From: Octopus vulgaris
Taxonomy: Eukaryota
Direction: 5' to 3'
DNA length: 64,000 nt
Assembly: GCA_951406725.2 (NCBI GenBank)
Contig: OX597839.1
Coordinates: 22,444,001 to 22,508,000, forward strand
Below, in pieces: positions 1 to 11,895 of the stretch (within the stretch, counting starts at the first letter, position 1; the number at the start of each line of letters is the position of its first letter). The translations under genes and the position numbers were made by a program. The notes below the pieces were generated by a model. The model ran no database searches. It was given only the letters and a program-made list of their open reading frames with translations, and was not told the origin of the DNA.

Positions 1-118
1 CCCCAAACTTTCTAGCCCCCATCATGTATCTATTTATCTTTCTGTCTGTCTATCAATCTAATATATATATATAAAAATGTTGTTGTTTAACCCCCAAGTC
101 AGTTCAGCTTCCATAGAC

Positions 119-583
119 CAGGGGTACTCAACCAGAATTCATGACACAGGGATGGGTGTTGTTATCCATGCAAGACTTTGTTATTAAAATTTGTGCAATA
201 AATTACTTTAATGTTGAAAGATTTAAAAGGTGAAACAATGCAAATAGATTTTAAGATGAGGTAAGGTAAACTCAAATTAAGTTACCTGGTAATCTTTGGT
301 CGTATATGTATCCAATATTTCAGGTCATACAAGTCCCTTCTTCAGGGTTAAAAAGGAACTGTGCTTGGAAAGATGTTTTTTGTTGTTACCTCATCTTAAA
401 ATTTATTTGTATTGCTTGGCCTTTTAAATCTTTCAACGCTATATTCCACATAGAATGCTTCAAGCAAACTATAAAATCTTATTAACAGTAATATTTGTTA
501 AAACTTTGAATGGCTACAGGGGTCCAGCAGAATAAAAGAGGAACCAAAGGAGGTCCTAGGTAAAAAATGGTTGGGAATCCTTG
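119..583. mobile_element. hAT/Charlie-like non-autonomous element with internal foldback insert
   Basis: Ends caggggtactcaacc / ggttgggaatccttg; 8-bp TSD ccatagac at 111-118 and 584-591. Confidence 0.75.
310..349 (-). ncRNA. Minimal type I hammerhead-like motif (degenerate)
   Basis: Minus strand reads taacc-CTGAAGA-AGG..CCT-GAAA-tatt-ggata. It lies in the loop of inverted repeat 213-264/386-437. Confidence 0.45.
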
Positions 584-1182
584 CCATAGACCTATATTGA
601 AAAGCACTCAAATAATAACCGCCCTATTTCATATATTTTTTTCTTCATATTATTAATTTTTTATTTCAGGAACAGCAGCCAAAATTTTATCTCGATGCCA
701 TAAACAGATCGATAAATAAATTTAAAAAAATGAAAAGATTCAAAAATAAGTTGAGTTGGAAAATATTTAGGTAAGAGTTATTTCCCCTCGCTACTAAATG
801 CCTAACTGTTAACGAGAGCGCCTCCTGGTGGTTTCTCAACATAAGAAACATGGCAACCAATTCTTGCTCCTCTAAAAGAAGAACACTGTGGAATGAATAT
901 CCCCGAAAAGACGAGACGGTTTATGGTCGGAATGGCTTCATCTTGGGGGGGATTAAAAATTCTAGGATTCCAATTTAGACTTCAATTTAAACGGGGGGAA
1001 ACGGAGAGAAGGGCTGCATTTAAAATAAAGAGGAACCACAAAAAAAAATAAAAATAAAAAAGGGCGCTGCAACCCTTAATCACCAGCTAACACACACACA
1101 CATATATATATATAAAGATGAGGTAGCTTTTGTGAAGAATTGTGAGGTGTAATTTAAAGAATGTGGTTGGCATAAAGCTGGA

Positions 1183-1436
1183 ACAATGCAAGAAAGTTTG
1201 AAGCAAAATACAAACGAGAAGACAGAACAACGTTGCAGCTTTATTCTGTATTTCTATATTTTGTGGGGGATGACCCCTTTCTTCAGGACATTCGGAAAAG
1301 TGGTGGCTGGAAAAAACTTGCTGCTCTTCCACCACTAATTTTCTAAATGTCCTGAAGAGAGGGTCTTCATCCTGAAATACAAAATAAAGCTGCAACGTTG
1401 TTCTGTCTTCTTTTCGTTTGTATCTTCTTGCATTGT
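1183..1436. repeat. Long imperfect inverted repeat (foldback, Penelope pLTR-like)
   Basis: Arm ...gaagacagaacaacgttgcagctttatt... is the reverse complement of ...aataaagctgcaacgttgttctgtcttc...; both arms carry a CTGAAGA box. Confidence 0.8.
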
Positions 1437-1451
1437 GTGTGTGTGTATATA

Positions 1452-1842
1452 GTGGCTGTGTGGTAAGTAGCTTGCCTACCAACCACACGGTTCCGGGTTC
1501 AGTCCCACTGTGTGGCACTTTGGGCAAGTGTCTTCTACAATAGCCTTGGGCCAACCAAAGCCTTGTGAGTGGATTTGGTAGACGGAAACTGAAAGAAGCC
1601 TGTCGTATATATGTATATATATATATATGCGTGTTTGTGTGTCTGTGTTTGTCCCCCTAGCATTGCTTGACAACCGATGCTGGTGTGTTTACGTCCCTGT
1701 AACTTAGCGGTTCGGCAAAAAGAGACCGATAAAATAAGTACTAGGCTTATAAAGAATAAGACCTGGGGTCGATTTGATCGACTAAAGGCGGTGCTCCAGT
1801 ATGGCTGCAGTCAAATGACTCAAACAGGTAAAAGAGAAAGAG
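1452..1842 (+). mobile_element. tRNA-derived SINE, family A
   Basis: A-box-like tggctgtgtgg, B-box-like ggttcagtccc, internal (TA)/(TG) tract and gtaaaagag tail; many near-identical copies in the window. Confidence 0.9.
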
Positions 1843-3811
1843 AATATATATATATATAGAGAGAGAGAGACTGTGATCCCCAGCTAACATCTCTACAGCC
1901 TGTTGATATGAAACTACATTTTACCAATCCTAGTAAAATTGTCAACTTAGAGGGGACAAAAAGGAGCAAGAAGAGTGAGAATGGTTTTTCACCCTGTAAA
2001 ATGTAGGAAGCAATTTCTTTTGAAAATAAATATACAGAAATCAGATTTTCCACAATTGGTATTGTTTTTAAACAAATTGTGATTTACCAGCCATTTTTAC
2101 ACCATTGATAATTTTTTGGTTAAAATAACCAACTTGTGGAAACCGTAGCTGCAGTCAATCTGTTTAATCTAAAATTGCGAGAGAGTGGTAGTGTGTGAGA
2201 TAGAGAATGTGTATATGCGTGTGCGTGACTGAGAGAGAGAGAGAGAGACTATGTGTGTGTGAACTTGCCATGGCTCGTTAATAAAGTATAATTTTAATTT
2301 TAATGAATGCAACACCGCTCAGTAATTTCGCTGGTTCACAAATCAATCTTAAACCATCTTTGAAAAAAAGCAAATCTCAAAACAGTTTTCTCAACACAAG
2401 GGAGACAACTTTGACGAACCGTTTGCGAAGTCTTTTCCTCCAAATCTTTTTAACGGTCATATTTGATGGCATCAAAAACGCAGACATATTAAACGTCTCC
2501 CAACTTCGGCATATTAAGGAAAATAGGGTTTTTCTTTTGTATATTAAAGCTTATGGTAGGCCCAACTTTGCATAGGACCCATCGTATGTTTTGGGACTAA
2601 GTGCGTCTGATATGCCCACAAAGGTATATCCATATATATCCACTGAACCCAGTCGTTCACAAGGCTAGAAATAGAAGCCAAATCGCTCTAAATTCACACC
2701 CTATGGCCGTGCTGCTCAAAGTAGTGGTCTGTGGACCGGTGCTGGTCCGTGAGCCATCAGATGCCAGTACACGTCGAGTTTCCAGAAAAGAAAGAAACAT
2801 AAAATGCTTATGTAAGATTGTACCATTTGTTTACAAAATAAACTTTAATTATATTCCTAATTATATAGTTTCCGGTATAAATTAATATTACCAAGAAATA
2901 TTTCCAGTCCCTGGCACATTGAAAGAAAATACCGGTATGCCACATCAGATAGTTTGAGAGGCACTGCCCTATGATACTAAAAAGAGATTCGACTGCTGTT
3001 TCTAGCAGGTTTAGTAACTGTACAGAGGCTCCTGTTATTGGCTCGAGATTTGAGGGAGACTTTGACTGCTGCTGATGTAGGTTATTTAATTTGTTTGTTA
3101 CTGAAATAAGCCTGGTTCTGTGGAGGTACAAGCATCAACCATCTGATCTCAGGTTCAGTCCTACTGTCTGGCACCCGGAGTAACAGCCTTGTATTACTGC
3201 TCTGGACCAGCCAATGCCTTGCGAGAGAATTTGGTCCCACTGCATGGCACTTGGGGCATTTTGGTCCCACTGCATGGCACCTTGAGCAAGTGTCTTCTAC
3301 AGAAGCCTCAGGTTGATCAAAACCTTGTGAGTGGATTTGGTAGGCAGAAACCCCAAGAAACCCGTTGTATATATATATTTGTGTGTGTGTGTATGTGTGT
3401 TCCCCACCAGTGCTTGACACCCAGTGATGGTATGTTTATGTCCCTATAACTTAGCTGTTTGGCAAAAGAAGCCGATAGAAAAAGTAAGTCCTGGGGTCAA
3501 TTTGTTTGACCAAAACCCTTCGAGGTGGTGCACCAGCTTGGCCACAGGCTGCACCAGGCTCCATTGCCAGATAAGACTGGAGCCTGGTGCAGCCTTCTGG
3601 CTTCCCAGATCCCTGGTCGAACCGTCCAACCTATGCTAGCATGGAGAACAGACGTTAAACGATGATGATGAAACAAGATAAAAAGATGTGTGTGTGAATG
3701 TTTAGAAATGGGAATGGAATCACTTTTTGATTAAGTTCACAACAACAACATCACCAACATTGTGAAGGAAAATGAATAAACTTAAAATCGAAATAAAGGG
3801 TCCATATTTAC

Positions 3812-3887
3812 CCTTGCTAGACTCTGCGGTGTCGGATTATCATTTCTATTGAACTGAACGAGTTTCCGTTTTGTAAACTGCCGTGTC
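3812..3887 (-). CDS. RAP1GAP: Rap1GAP-family gene exon (R)TRQFTKRKLVQFNRNDNPTPQSLAR
   Basis: Acceptor gatcttttgtag and donor AGG|gtaaat; 76 nt, phase 2-0, completing the AG|G Arg codon. Position and length match [26 protein letters not shown] (recalled). The gene appears to continue off the left edge. Confidence 0.85.
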
Positions 3888-4185
3888 CTACAAAAGATCA
3901 ATAGAGCAATCGATAAATGAACAGTGACAGAATCAATAAATCAATAGAAGATGAAACTCGGAGAAATCTAACTGAAATTGTGTCAAAGGTCAGTCAACAT
4001 GGATGGGGTCAAGGGTCAATCAACCTAGTTAATCCCAAACCTGATTTTGAGCAAGCTGACTCAGGCTCACAAATGAAATAAACAGCAGGTTCTGTGGATG
4101 CTGGCAACAGGAAGCTGTGACATTCATTCTGTGCTCAAAACAGTGGATGGACAGAAGAGCAGGCAAAAGACTTGTGATATCAAGT

Positions 4186-4562
4186 TGGAAGCACTCCGTC
4201 GGTTACGACGACGAGTGTTCCGGTTGATCCGATCAGCGGAACAGCCTGCTCGTGAAATTAACGTGTAAGTGGCTGAGCACTCCACAGACACGTGTACCCT
4301 TAATGTAGTTCTCGGGGATATTCAGCGTGACACAGAGAGTGACAAGGCTGGCCCTTTGAAATACAGGTACAACAGAAACAGGAAGTAAGAGAAAGTTGTG
4401 GTGAAAGAGTACAGCAGGGATCACCACCATCCCCTGCCGGAGCCTCGTGGAGCTTTAGGTGTTTTCGCTCAATAAACACTCACAACGCCCGGTCTGGGAA
4501 TCGAAACCGCGATCCTATGACCGCGAGTCCGCTGCCCTAACCACTGGGCCATTGCACCTCCA
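4186..4562 (-). mobile_element. tRNA-derived SINE, family B (full length)
   Basis: Reverse complement of the 22462-22847 element; tRNA-like head tggcccagtggttagggcagcgg...tttcgattccc. Confidence 0.9.
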
Positions 4563-4824
4563 AGTTACAACCCTTTGTGTTACAAGTTCAAATCCCACCA
4601 AGGGTGAGACTTCAGGTTTGCTCTTCTTGGGTCAATAAAAAGTAAAAGTCAAGTTCAGGGGTCAATTTATTAATGAGGAGGAGGAGGAGGAGGAAAAGAA
4701 GAAGAAAAAAGTTCTAGAGATGTTAATGATTCTGGTTCAAATTGGGAATATACGGGTGGGAGGTGGGTCCTGGGCCGGATTCTGTTAATTAGATAAACAG
4801 TAATTAAAGAGAGATTTTCTTTAC

Positions 4825-4928
4825 CTTAATATAATGTAAATCTGTTCTGGTGAAGACGTATTTTCTAACTTTATTGACATCACAATTGGTCCGATGGTTT
4901 CATCATATATTATGTAATTAATATGTTC
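4825..4928 (-). CDS. RAP1GAP: Rap1GAP-family gene exon EHINYIIYDETIGPIVMSIKLENTSSPEQIYIILR (dimerisation region)
   Basis: Acceptor tttattttcag and donor AG|gtaaag; 104 nt, phase 0-2. Aligns with Rap1GAP [35 protein letters not shown] (recalled). Confidence 0.93.
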
Positions 4929-5150
4929 CTGAAAATAAATAAACAAAATAATAATAATAATAATAATAATGGTTTCAAATTTTGGCACTAGGCCAGCAAT
5001 TTTGGGCAAGGGGACGAGTTGATTACATCGACCCCAGTGTTCAACTGGTACTTGTTCACGGAATTTATTCCCAGGCTGAAAACCTTGATCTGAAGCAATT
5101 CCATGTAAGGCTCCAAGGAACAGGTGGTTGCATCACACCAAGTAATGGAT

Positions 5151-5366
5151 TAACCATTTAGCCTTTGAACCAGCCATGTCTGGCCCAAATGCTGCAACTG
5201 TTTTATCTTCAAATCAGCCACATCTGGCCTCTCACACCAACCCTACAATGTCATTCTAAAAATAAACAATCACATCATCAAAATCTTGAAGCTCTGAGAT
5301 AATCCATGATTAATGTAATAAATAAGTATTACATTTGACAGAGTAATTTGAATTCTAAAGGGTTGA
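5151..5366 (+). mobile_element. piggyBac-like MITE family 1 (diverged)
   Basis: Homologous to 32702-32930; decayed taacc...aaagggttga ends. Confidence 0.65.
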
Positions 5367-5514
5367 ATTAGCCATATCCAGTGCTTAGATTCTACCCCTG
5401 TTTTGTTCAGTCTGGCCAAATCTGATCTCTCACACCTACCCTACAATGTCTTTCTAAAAATATACAATCACATCATAGAAATCTTGAAGCCAGAAGATAA
5501 TGAAGGATTAACAG

Positions 5515-5801
5515 AAAACGACACCATCCGAGCGTGGCCGTCTGCCAGCCTCGTCTGGCACCTGTGTCGGTGGCACATAAAAAACACCATCCGAGCGTGG
5601 CCGTCTGCCAGCCTCGTCTGGCACATAAAATCACCCACTACACTCTCGGAGTGGTTGGCGTTAGGAAGAGCATCCAGCTGTAGAAACACTGCCAGATCTG
5701 ACTGGCCTGGTGCAGCCTTCGGGCTTGCCAGACACCAGTTGAACCGTCCAACCCATGCTAGCATGGAAAGCGGACGTTAAACGATGATGATGATGATGAT
5801 G
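5515..5801 (+). mobile_element. SINE family D 3' part with (GAT)n tail (Meta-domain/RTE-tail-like)
   Basis: tggttggcgttaggaa(g/a)gcatccagctgtagaaa...cccatgctagcatggaaagcggacgttaaacgatgatg. Other copies near 3550-3670, 8085-8260(-), 32300-32490, 36030-36300, 41240-41372(-), 50330-50480, 54560-54970. Confidence 0.8.
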
Positions 5802-6027
5802 TAAATAAATAAGATTTAGAATCGAGAGAAGAGGTCAAATGTTAAGGGATCGACTCCGCTACATCCTGCCCAAATATTCCACCTGTTTTATGTTGAAACT
5901 GGCTAGGTCTGGCCTCTTACACTTACCCGACAATGTCATTCTGCAATGGACCATCAGTGCCGCCCTTCTTTGTCTCACCAAACAGAAAAAAAAAAGAAGG
6001 GAAACGATTTTAAAATGGAACACTTAC

Positions 6028-6180
6028 TTTACCACGAAAATCTTTGCGGTATACTTTCGCATCTTCAAACTTTGAAGTCTCTAACTTGACCTTGCCAGGG
6101 TTGTGGCTCGGTTCTTCCAGCCGGTAACCATTTGCTTGCATCTGAACGATCATGGGGTAAGGCCCAGATCTGGACAGCAT
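6028..6180 (-). CDS. RAP1GAP: Rap1GAP-family gene exon MLSRSGPYPMIVQMQANGYRLEEPSHNPGKVKLETSKFEDAKVYRKDFRGK
   Basis: Acceptor ttttgttggtatttag and donor AAA|gtaagt; 153 nt, phase 0-0. Aligns with Rap1GAP [23 protein letters not shown]...[20 protein letters not shown] (recalled). Confidence 0.92.
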
Positions 6181-6863
6181 CTAAATACCAACAAAATAAT
6201 CATTGTTAAACAAAGGGGACAATGTTTCATTTTACTGAAAATTAAATACTACAAAGGAGAAGGGGTCAATGTGAAATGTTGATTGAAAAGCACCAAATAT
6301 ATTTTGGGAACTGAACTGAAAGTCTGTTACATTTATGAAACCACATGTATGAATACATGTGGACATTTGGAGATGTTTTAACGAGGACTCCGGTGGTAGC
6401 AGTGCAGTGGTGCTTGTTTGTAGTAGCATTTGAGTAATGTATATCATAGAGAGAGATCTCATTGCTTTGTCATATGACTCATATGGAGGACATATGAGCC
6501 CCCCAGCACCTGCATCTCAAACAAAAACACACACACACACAGAGGGGTGCATCTCACCAAATTAAAAGAAAATAAAAAAAAATTTCATCTTACACATATC
6601 TGGTTATATAATCAAAATTGTGTATATGTGTATACACACGCATGCACACACACACACATTCTCAGCAGTTTAACAGCCGTTGTAAAATATAAGCATAACA
6701 AATAAAATATAATTCTTCTATTGTTCTGTTTCATCAACTGAAATTGTTTTGATGTATCATGACACATTTTAAGCCCATTGCACATTGATCTTAGGCAATA
6801 ACTTGCCCAAGATGCCAAATTAAGCTGCAGAGACTTAAAATGATAATAGTGATGATGATGATG

Positions 6864-6894
<31 letters not shown>

Positions 6895-7124
6895 CAACAA
6901 CAAAAAGGGTAAATCAATTTCTTTGGTTCCAGGGTTCAACTGGTCCTTACTTTATCAACCCTGAAATGAGGAAAGGCAAAGTTGACGTCAGCAGAATTTG
7001 AACTCGGAACACAAAGAGAGAGAGAAAATGCCACAAAGCATTTTGCCTGGAGTGTTAACGATTTTGCCAGTCTGCTAATAATGATGATTTATTATTCTAA
7101 TAATAATAACAATAATAATAGTAA

Positions 7125-7193
<69 letters not shown>

Positions 7194-8513
7194 TTAGGCA
7201 CAACACAGTATATATTAGAAAACCTAAGATAAAGTGTATAAACTAAGGTTTTAAATCCTTTCTTGCTAAAGAACTGTAAATAGACGTAAATGCATCTTGA
7301 TATTCCCTTTCTACAGAGAAAAAAAATAAAGGAGATTGCCCTGATGTTTCTCATCAGTGGACAAATAATCTTTCATTCTTTCACCTATGAAGAGAACTTA
7401 CAGGTAAATTGCTATTTAAGTCCGCCACAAACCAGAACTTAGTCAAAATAGCAAGACTAATTTGCATATTGCATGTTTGTCAGTGACATCGTTAAATAAT
7501 GACAAATGCTTATGTCCAAATGCAGTATGTATTAGAAAAACTAATTTTAAAGTAGATAACCTACGGGTTTTAAGTCTTTTCAAGATAGAACTAGAAACAG
7601 ATGTAAATACATCTTGTTATCCTCTTTGTACATTGAAAGGAAAAAAAAAACATATTTCAAATGTTCTAACTCTGTATTTGTGTTGCGTAAAACCTAATGA
7701 AATATCAAATGTCCATATTTAATCTGATGCCACAATTGACAAAAACAAATAACCATATAAGGATTCCGTTTTATGACACAACTTTTATAATAAAAGACTC
7801 TCTTATGCTCTGACGCTGTGAAACTACGACCTCCTCTCACTATGACCCTGTTGAATTGCATTTCATCACCACCACCACCACCATCTTTGTTTCATGCTTG
7901 CCATATAAGTGTTCCGGCATCATCACTGCTCTTTCGTGCTCCATCTTCACAACAATGGCACCAGCCGTTGCCTCAAAGTCTTTCCGAAACAACCAAAACC
8001 CAATTCGTCTCATTTCCTGTCATTCAAGTGACAATACCACTTGACAAAAATCATGTGCATATGAATTGCATATGGATGTTTACATCATCATCATCGTCAT
8101 TTCATGTCCGTTTCGCAAACTGACATGCATTGGACAGTTCGACAGGAGCTGGCACCAGGCTGGGGGGAAGGGGGCACTAGGCTCCAGCCAGCTGTTCTGG
8201 CTAGGTTTCTACAGCTGGGTGCCCTTACGGATGCCAACCACTTTACAGAGTGGACTGGGTGTTTTTTTGTTTTTACATTACATGGTACCATCGCCAACAG
8301 GGACACCAAGTGACTTAGAGATGGATGGAGGGGGCACAAGCATGGCTGTGTGGTCGAGATGTTTGTTTGGCAAGCACATGGCTGTGAGTTCAATATCACC
8401 GTGCAGCACTCTGGCTAAGTATCTTCCACTACAGCCATAGACTGTGAACGGATTTAGTAGAAAGAAACAAAAAGAAGCTCATCATATATGTGTGTCTGTA
8501 TGAATTTCCATCC

Positions 8514-8655
8514 TTGCCCATCACTTCAAACATATACCAAAAATAGACACATACAGCATTTGAGTAATGTATGCCACACATAGATCTCATTGCTTCTTCA
8601 TACGGCTCACATGGAGGACACATGAGCTCCCCCCCCCAGCACCTGCATCTCAAAG

Positions 8656-8693
<38 letters not shown>

Positions 8694-8958
8694 GGGTGCA
8701 TCTCACCAAATTAGAAGAAAATCAAAATATTTATGCTTTTAGGCATGTACTATCACCATCACTACAACTACAAACAATAACAACCACTGCACTGCTTCCA
8801 CTGAGGCAATTAACACCAGAGTCCTCGTTAAAATATCTCCCGATGTCACTATATTTGTGATTATTAAACTCGTTAAGTTTGAGTTCTGCATAGTTAAATG
8901 ATTTCCTTTCTAAAACTATGGAAGCACGAAATGACGAAATCTGTGAAGCTGTGGCAAC
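8514..8958 (+). repeat. Locally duplicated ~450-bp segment (copy at 14615-15068, rearranged copy at 6361-6570)
   Basis: Near-identical sequence atagatctcattgcttcttcatacggctca...ctgtgaagctgtggcaac at both loci. Confidence 0.9.
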
Positions 8959-8974
8959 TGAATGTGTGTGTGTG

Positions 8975-9125
8975 TGTGTGTGTGTTTAGGGGTTTTGTAT
9001 TCCCAACATCGTGTGTGTGTGTTTAGGGGTTTTGTATTCCCAACATCGTGTGTGTGTGTTTAGGGGTTTTGTATTCCCAACATCGTGTGTGTGTGTTTAG
9101 GGGTTTTGTATTCCCAACATCGTGT
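8975..9125 (+). repeat. 37-bp minisatellite x4 (gtgtgtgtgtgtttaggggttttgtattcccaacatc)
   Basis: Direct tandem copies. Confidence 0.9.
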
Positions 9126-9199
9126 GCTAATTGTAAGCAAACCTTACCGTTCTACAAGCAGTGTCATCCGTCTAACCATTGTGCTGTTCACGTTTGAAG

Positions 9200-9527
9200 G
9201 ACTAAGAGTAAGGACTAAGAAAGCTGAGGTATTTGGCTCACAATCAGGAGGTCGTGAGTTCAATTCCTGACCATGCACTGTGTCCTTGAGCAAGACACTT
9301 TACTTTACATTGCTCCAGTCAACTCATCTGGCAAAAATGAGGTGTACCTGTAATTGAAAACGGGCCAGCCTTGTCACATTCTGTGTTGCGCTGAATCTCC
9401 CTGAGAACTACATCAAGGGTACACATGTCTGTGGAGTACTCAGCCACATGCATGTTAATTTCATGAGCAGACTGTTTCATTGATCGGATCAACTGGAACC
9501 CTCATCGTCTTAACCGATGGAGTGCCA
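9200..9527 (+). mobile_element. Diverged family-B-related SINE
   Basis: gagttcaattcctgacc head and 3' ...gatcggatcaactggaaccctcatcgtc...ggagtgcca shared with family B. Confidence 0.7.
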
Positions 9528-9530
9528 TAA

Positions 9531-9811
9531 TAAACTCTACCACACCATCTGTGACTCTATTGACTCAACCACATCATCTTTGACTCCTGTAGTGACTCTA
9601 TTGACTCAACCACATCATCTTTGACTCCTGTAGTGACTCTATTGATTTTACGTCATCTGTGACTCCTGTAGTGACTCTATTGACTCAACCACATAATCTT
9701 TGACTCCTGTAGTGACTCTATTGATTTTATGTCATCTGTGACTCCTGTAGTGACTCTGATGACTCAACCACATCATCTGTGACACCTGTAGTGACTGTAT
9801 TGTGTCATCTG
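9531..9811 (+). repeat. ~41-bp TGACTC-rich minisatellite, array 1
   Basis: Unit tgactcctgtagtgactctattgactcaaccacatcatct(g/t), about 7 copies with variants. Confidence 0.9.
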
Positions 9812-10499
9812 TTGAGTCACGTATCCACTGTTCTGGTTAGTAACTCTTCTGTGTCACAACAGAAATTAGTTCAGCCACAAAAAGCCCACCAATGACTGTT
9901 AATTACAGTTAACGAAAGTGGGAAAACTAATAAATAATATGGAGAGAAGACTACACGAATAGTGGAAGACCCATGACTGGCCGGGTGGTAAAGAAGTTTA
10001 CTTTACAAGCCTGGGGTTTTGAGTTCCATCTCACCATGTAGCACCTGGGACAAGTGTTTTCTATTGCAGGCTCTGATCATCAGAAGGCCTCATCAGTAGA
10101 ATTTCGGAGACAAATCCACAAGGCAGTTTGTGGTGTGGTGTGTGTGTGTGTGTGTGTGTGTGTATGCACACACATACGTGTATGTAAGTGTTTCCATGTG
10201 TGTTCACGTTGTCATCATGTGAGCTAAAATGGTGACAAACTGCTTATTCCCCCCCCTCGCCCCCCACCCCACCCCACCTACCCACTGCCAACACCCAGCA
10301 GACAAAACTAATTAAAACCATTCCATACAAACACACTTGTTTAATAATTGCTGCAACATTTCAGGGGGGGGAAAAAAAAAATTGATGGAAAGATGGTGGG
10401 GATGGGAGGGGGCAGAGGAGGAGGAGGAGGAGGAGGAGGATGTGGTGGTGGTGGTGGTGGCTAGTGAAAGGAATTGCAGCAGTTTTATAGTTCTATTAC

Positions 10500-10553
10500 C
10501 TCTCTGACAATATCTTCATCCTGTTTCGGGACCTCTGCCTCTGGTTCCTGGAG
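10500..10553 (-). CDS. RAP1GAP: Rap1GAP-family gene, 54-nt exon LQEPEAEVPKQDEDIVRE
   Basis: Acceptor aatttctctttcag and donor GAG|gtaata; phase 0-0. EDIVRE followed by MLSRSGPYP parallels human EEDY...[13 protein letters not shown] (recalled). Confidence 0.8.
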
Positions 10554-10847
10554 CTGAAAGAGAAATTGAGAATATAATCATTAAATAAGGATAGAATTAT
10601 AAATATGACAATAGACAGACAGACAGATAGATAGATAGAGAGGAGGAGATGGATAGAGAGAGAGACACACACACACACACACACACACAAAATTATGCCT
10701 GACAATCAACAGACACATTTGCCTAATTCCAAGCAAAATCACACACACACACACACACACACACGTATCATCAACATCATTTAAAGTTCATTTTCAATGC
10801 TGGCATCAGTTGGACGGTTAGATAGGGTCTGTTTCAGCAGGGAGGGC

Positions 10848-10866
10848 TGGATAGACAGACAGACAT

Positions 10867-10898
<32 letters not shown>

Positions 10899-11137
10899 GT
10901 AGATAGATAGACAGACATATAGGTGGTAGGTAGGTAGGTAGATAGATAGGTAGATAGATAGATAGATGGATAGATAGATAGGTGGTAGGTAGATAGATAG
11001 ATAGATGGATAGATAGATAGGTGGTAGGTAGATAGATAGATAGATAGATAGGTAGATAGATAGGTAGATAGGTAGATAGATAGATACATAGGTAGATAGA
11101 TAGATGGATAGATAAGTAGATAGATAGGTAGGTAGAG

Positions 11138-11168
<31 letters not shown>

Positions 11169-11400
11169 TAGATAGATAGATAGATAGGTAGATAGATAGG
11201 TAGATAGGTAGATAGGTAGATGGATAGATGGATAGATAAGTAGATAGATAGGTAGGTAGAGAGATAGATAGATAGATAGATAGATAGATGGATAGATAAG
11301 TAGATAGATAGGTAGGTAGATAGAGAGATAGATAGATAGATAGGTAGATAGATGGATAGATAGATAGGTGGTAGGTAGGTAGGTAGGTAGATAGACAGAC
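10848..11400 (+). repeat. (GATA)n/(GGTA)n/(GACA)n compound tetranucleotide array
   Basis: Directly visible; source of the YLSIYLS pseudo-ORFs. Confidence 0.95.
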
Positions 11401-11720
11401 AGGGATGGTGGAGGAGATAATAAATTCTCTAGAATAACATCTTTGGGCAGGTATTTTTGAGAATAGCCATGGGCCAACCAATGCCACATGGGCCAACCAA
11501 TGCCACATGGGCCAGCCAATGCCACATGAGTGAATTTGGTTGATGCGAAACTATGTGGAAGCCCAGTGCGTATGTCTTTGTTTCTCACTGCTTGACGAAC
11601 ATTGTTGGTTTGTTTATGTCTATGAAACGAAGAGAGATGGTCCAATGTAAAGAGATCGATTAAATAAGTAACCAGCTTGAAGTGAAATACTGGGATTGAT
11701 TGGTCAAAAAGTCTTTTAAG

Positions 11721-11895
11721 TGACTCCTGTAGTGACTCTATTGACTCAACCACATCATCTGTGACTCCTGTAGTGACTCTATTGACTCAACCACATCATC
11801 TGTGACTCCTGTAGTGACTCTATTGACTCAACCACATCATCTGTGACTCCTGTAGTGACTCTGATGACTCTACCACATCATCTGTGACACCTGTA
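11721..11895 (+). repeat. 41-bp TGACTC-rich minisatellite, array 2, inside a decayed SINE tail
   Basis: About 4 near-perfect copies of the same unit as 9531-9811. Confidence 0.9.

Noticed and set aside
1926-1994. Candidate next Rap1GAP exon (ttttacag|GEKPFSLFLLLF...)
   Set aside because: No similarity to the expected LxCxDxxxDRFxPV segment and a weak donor.
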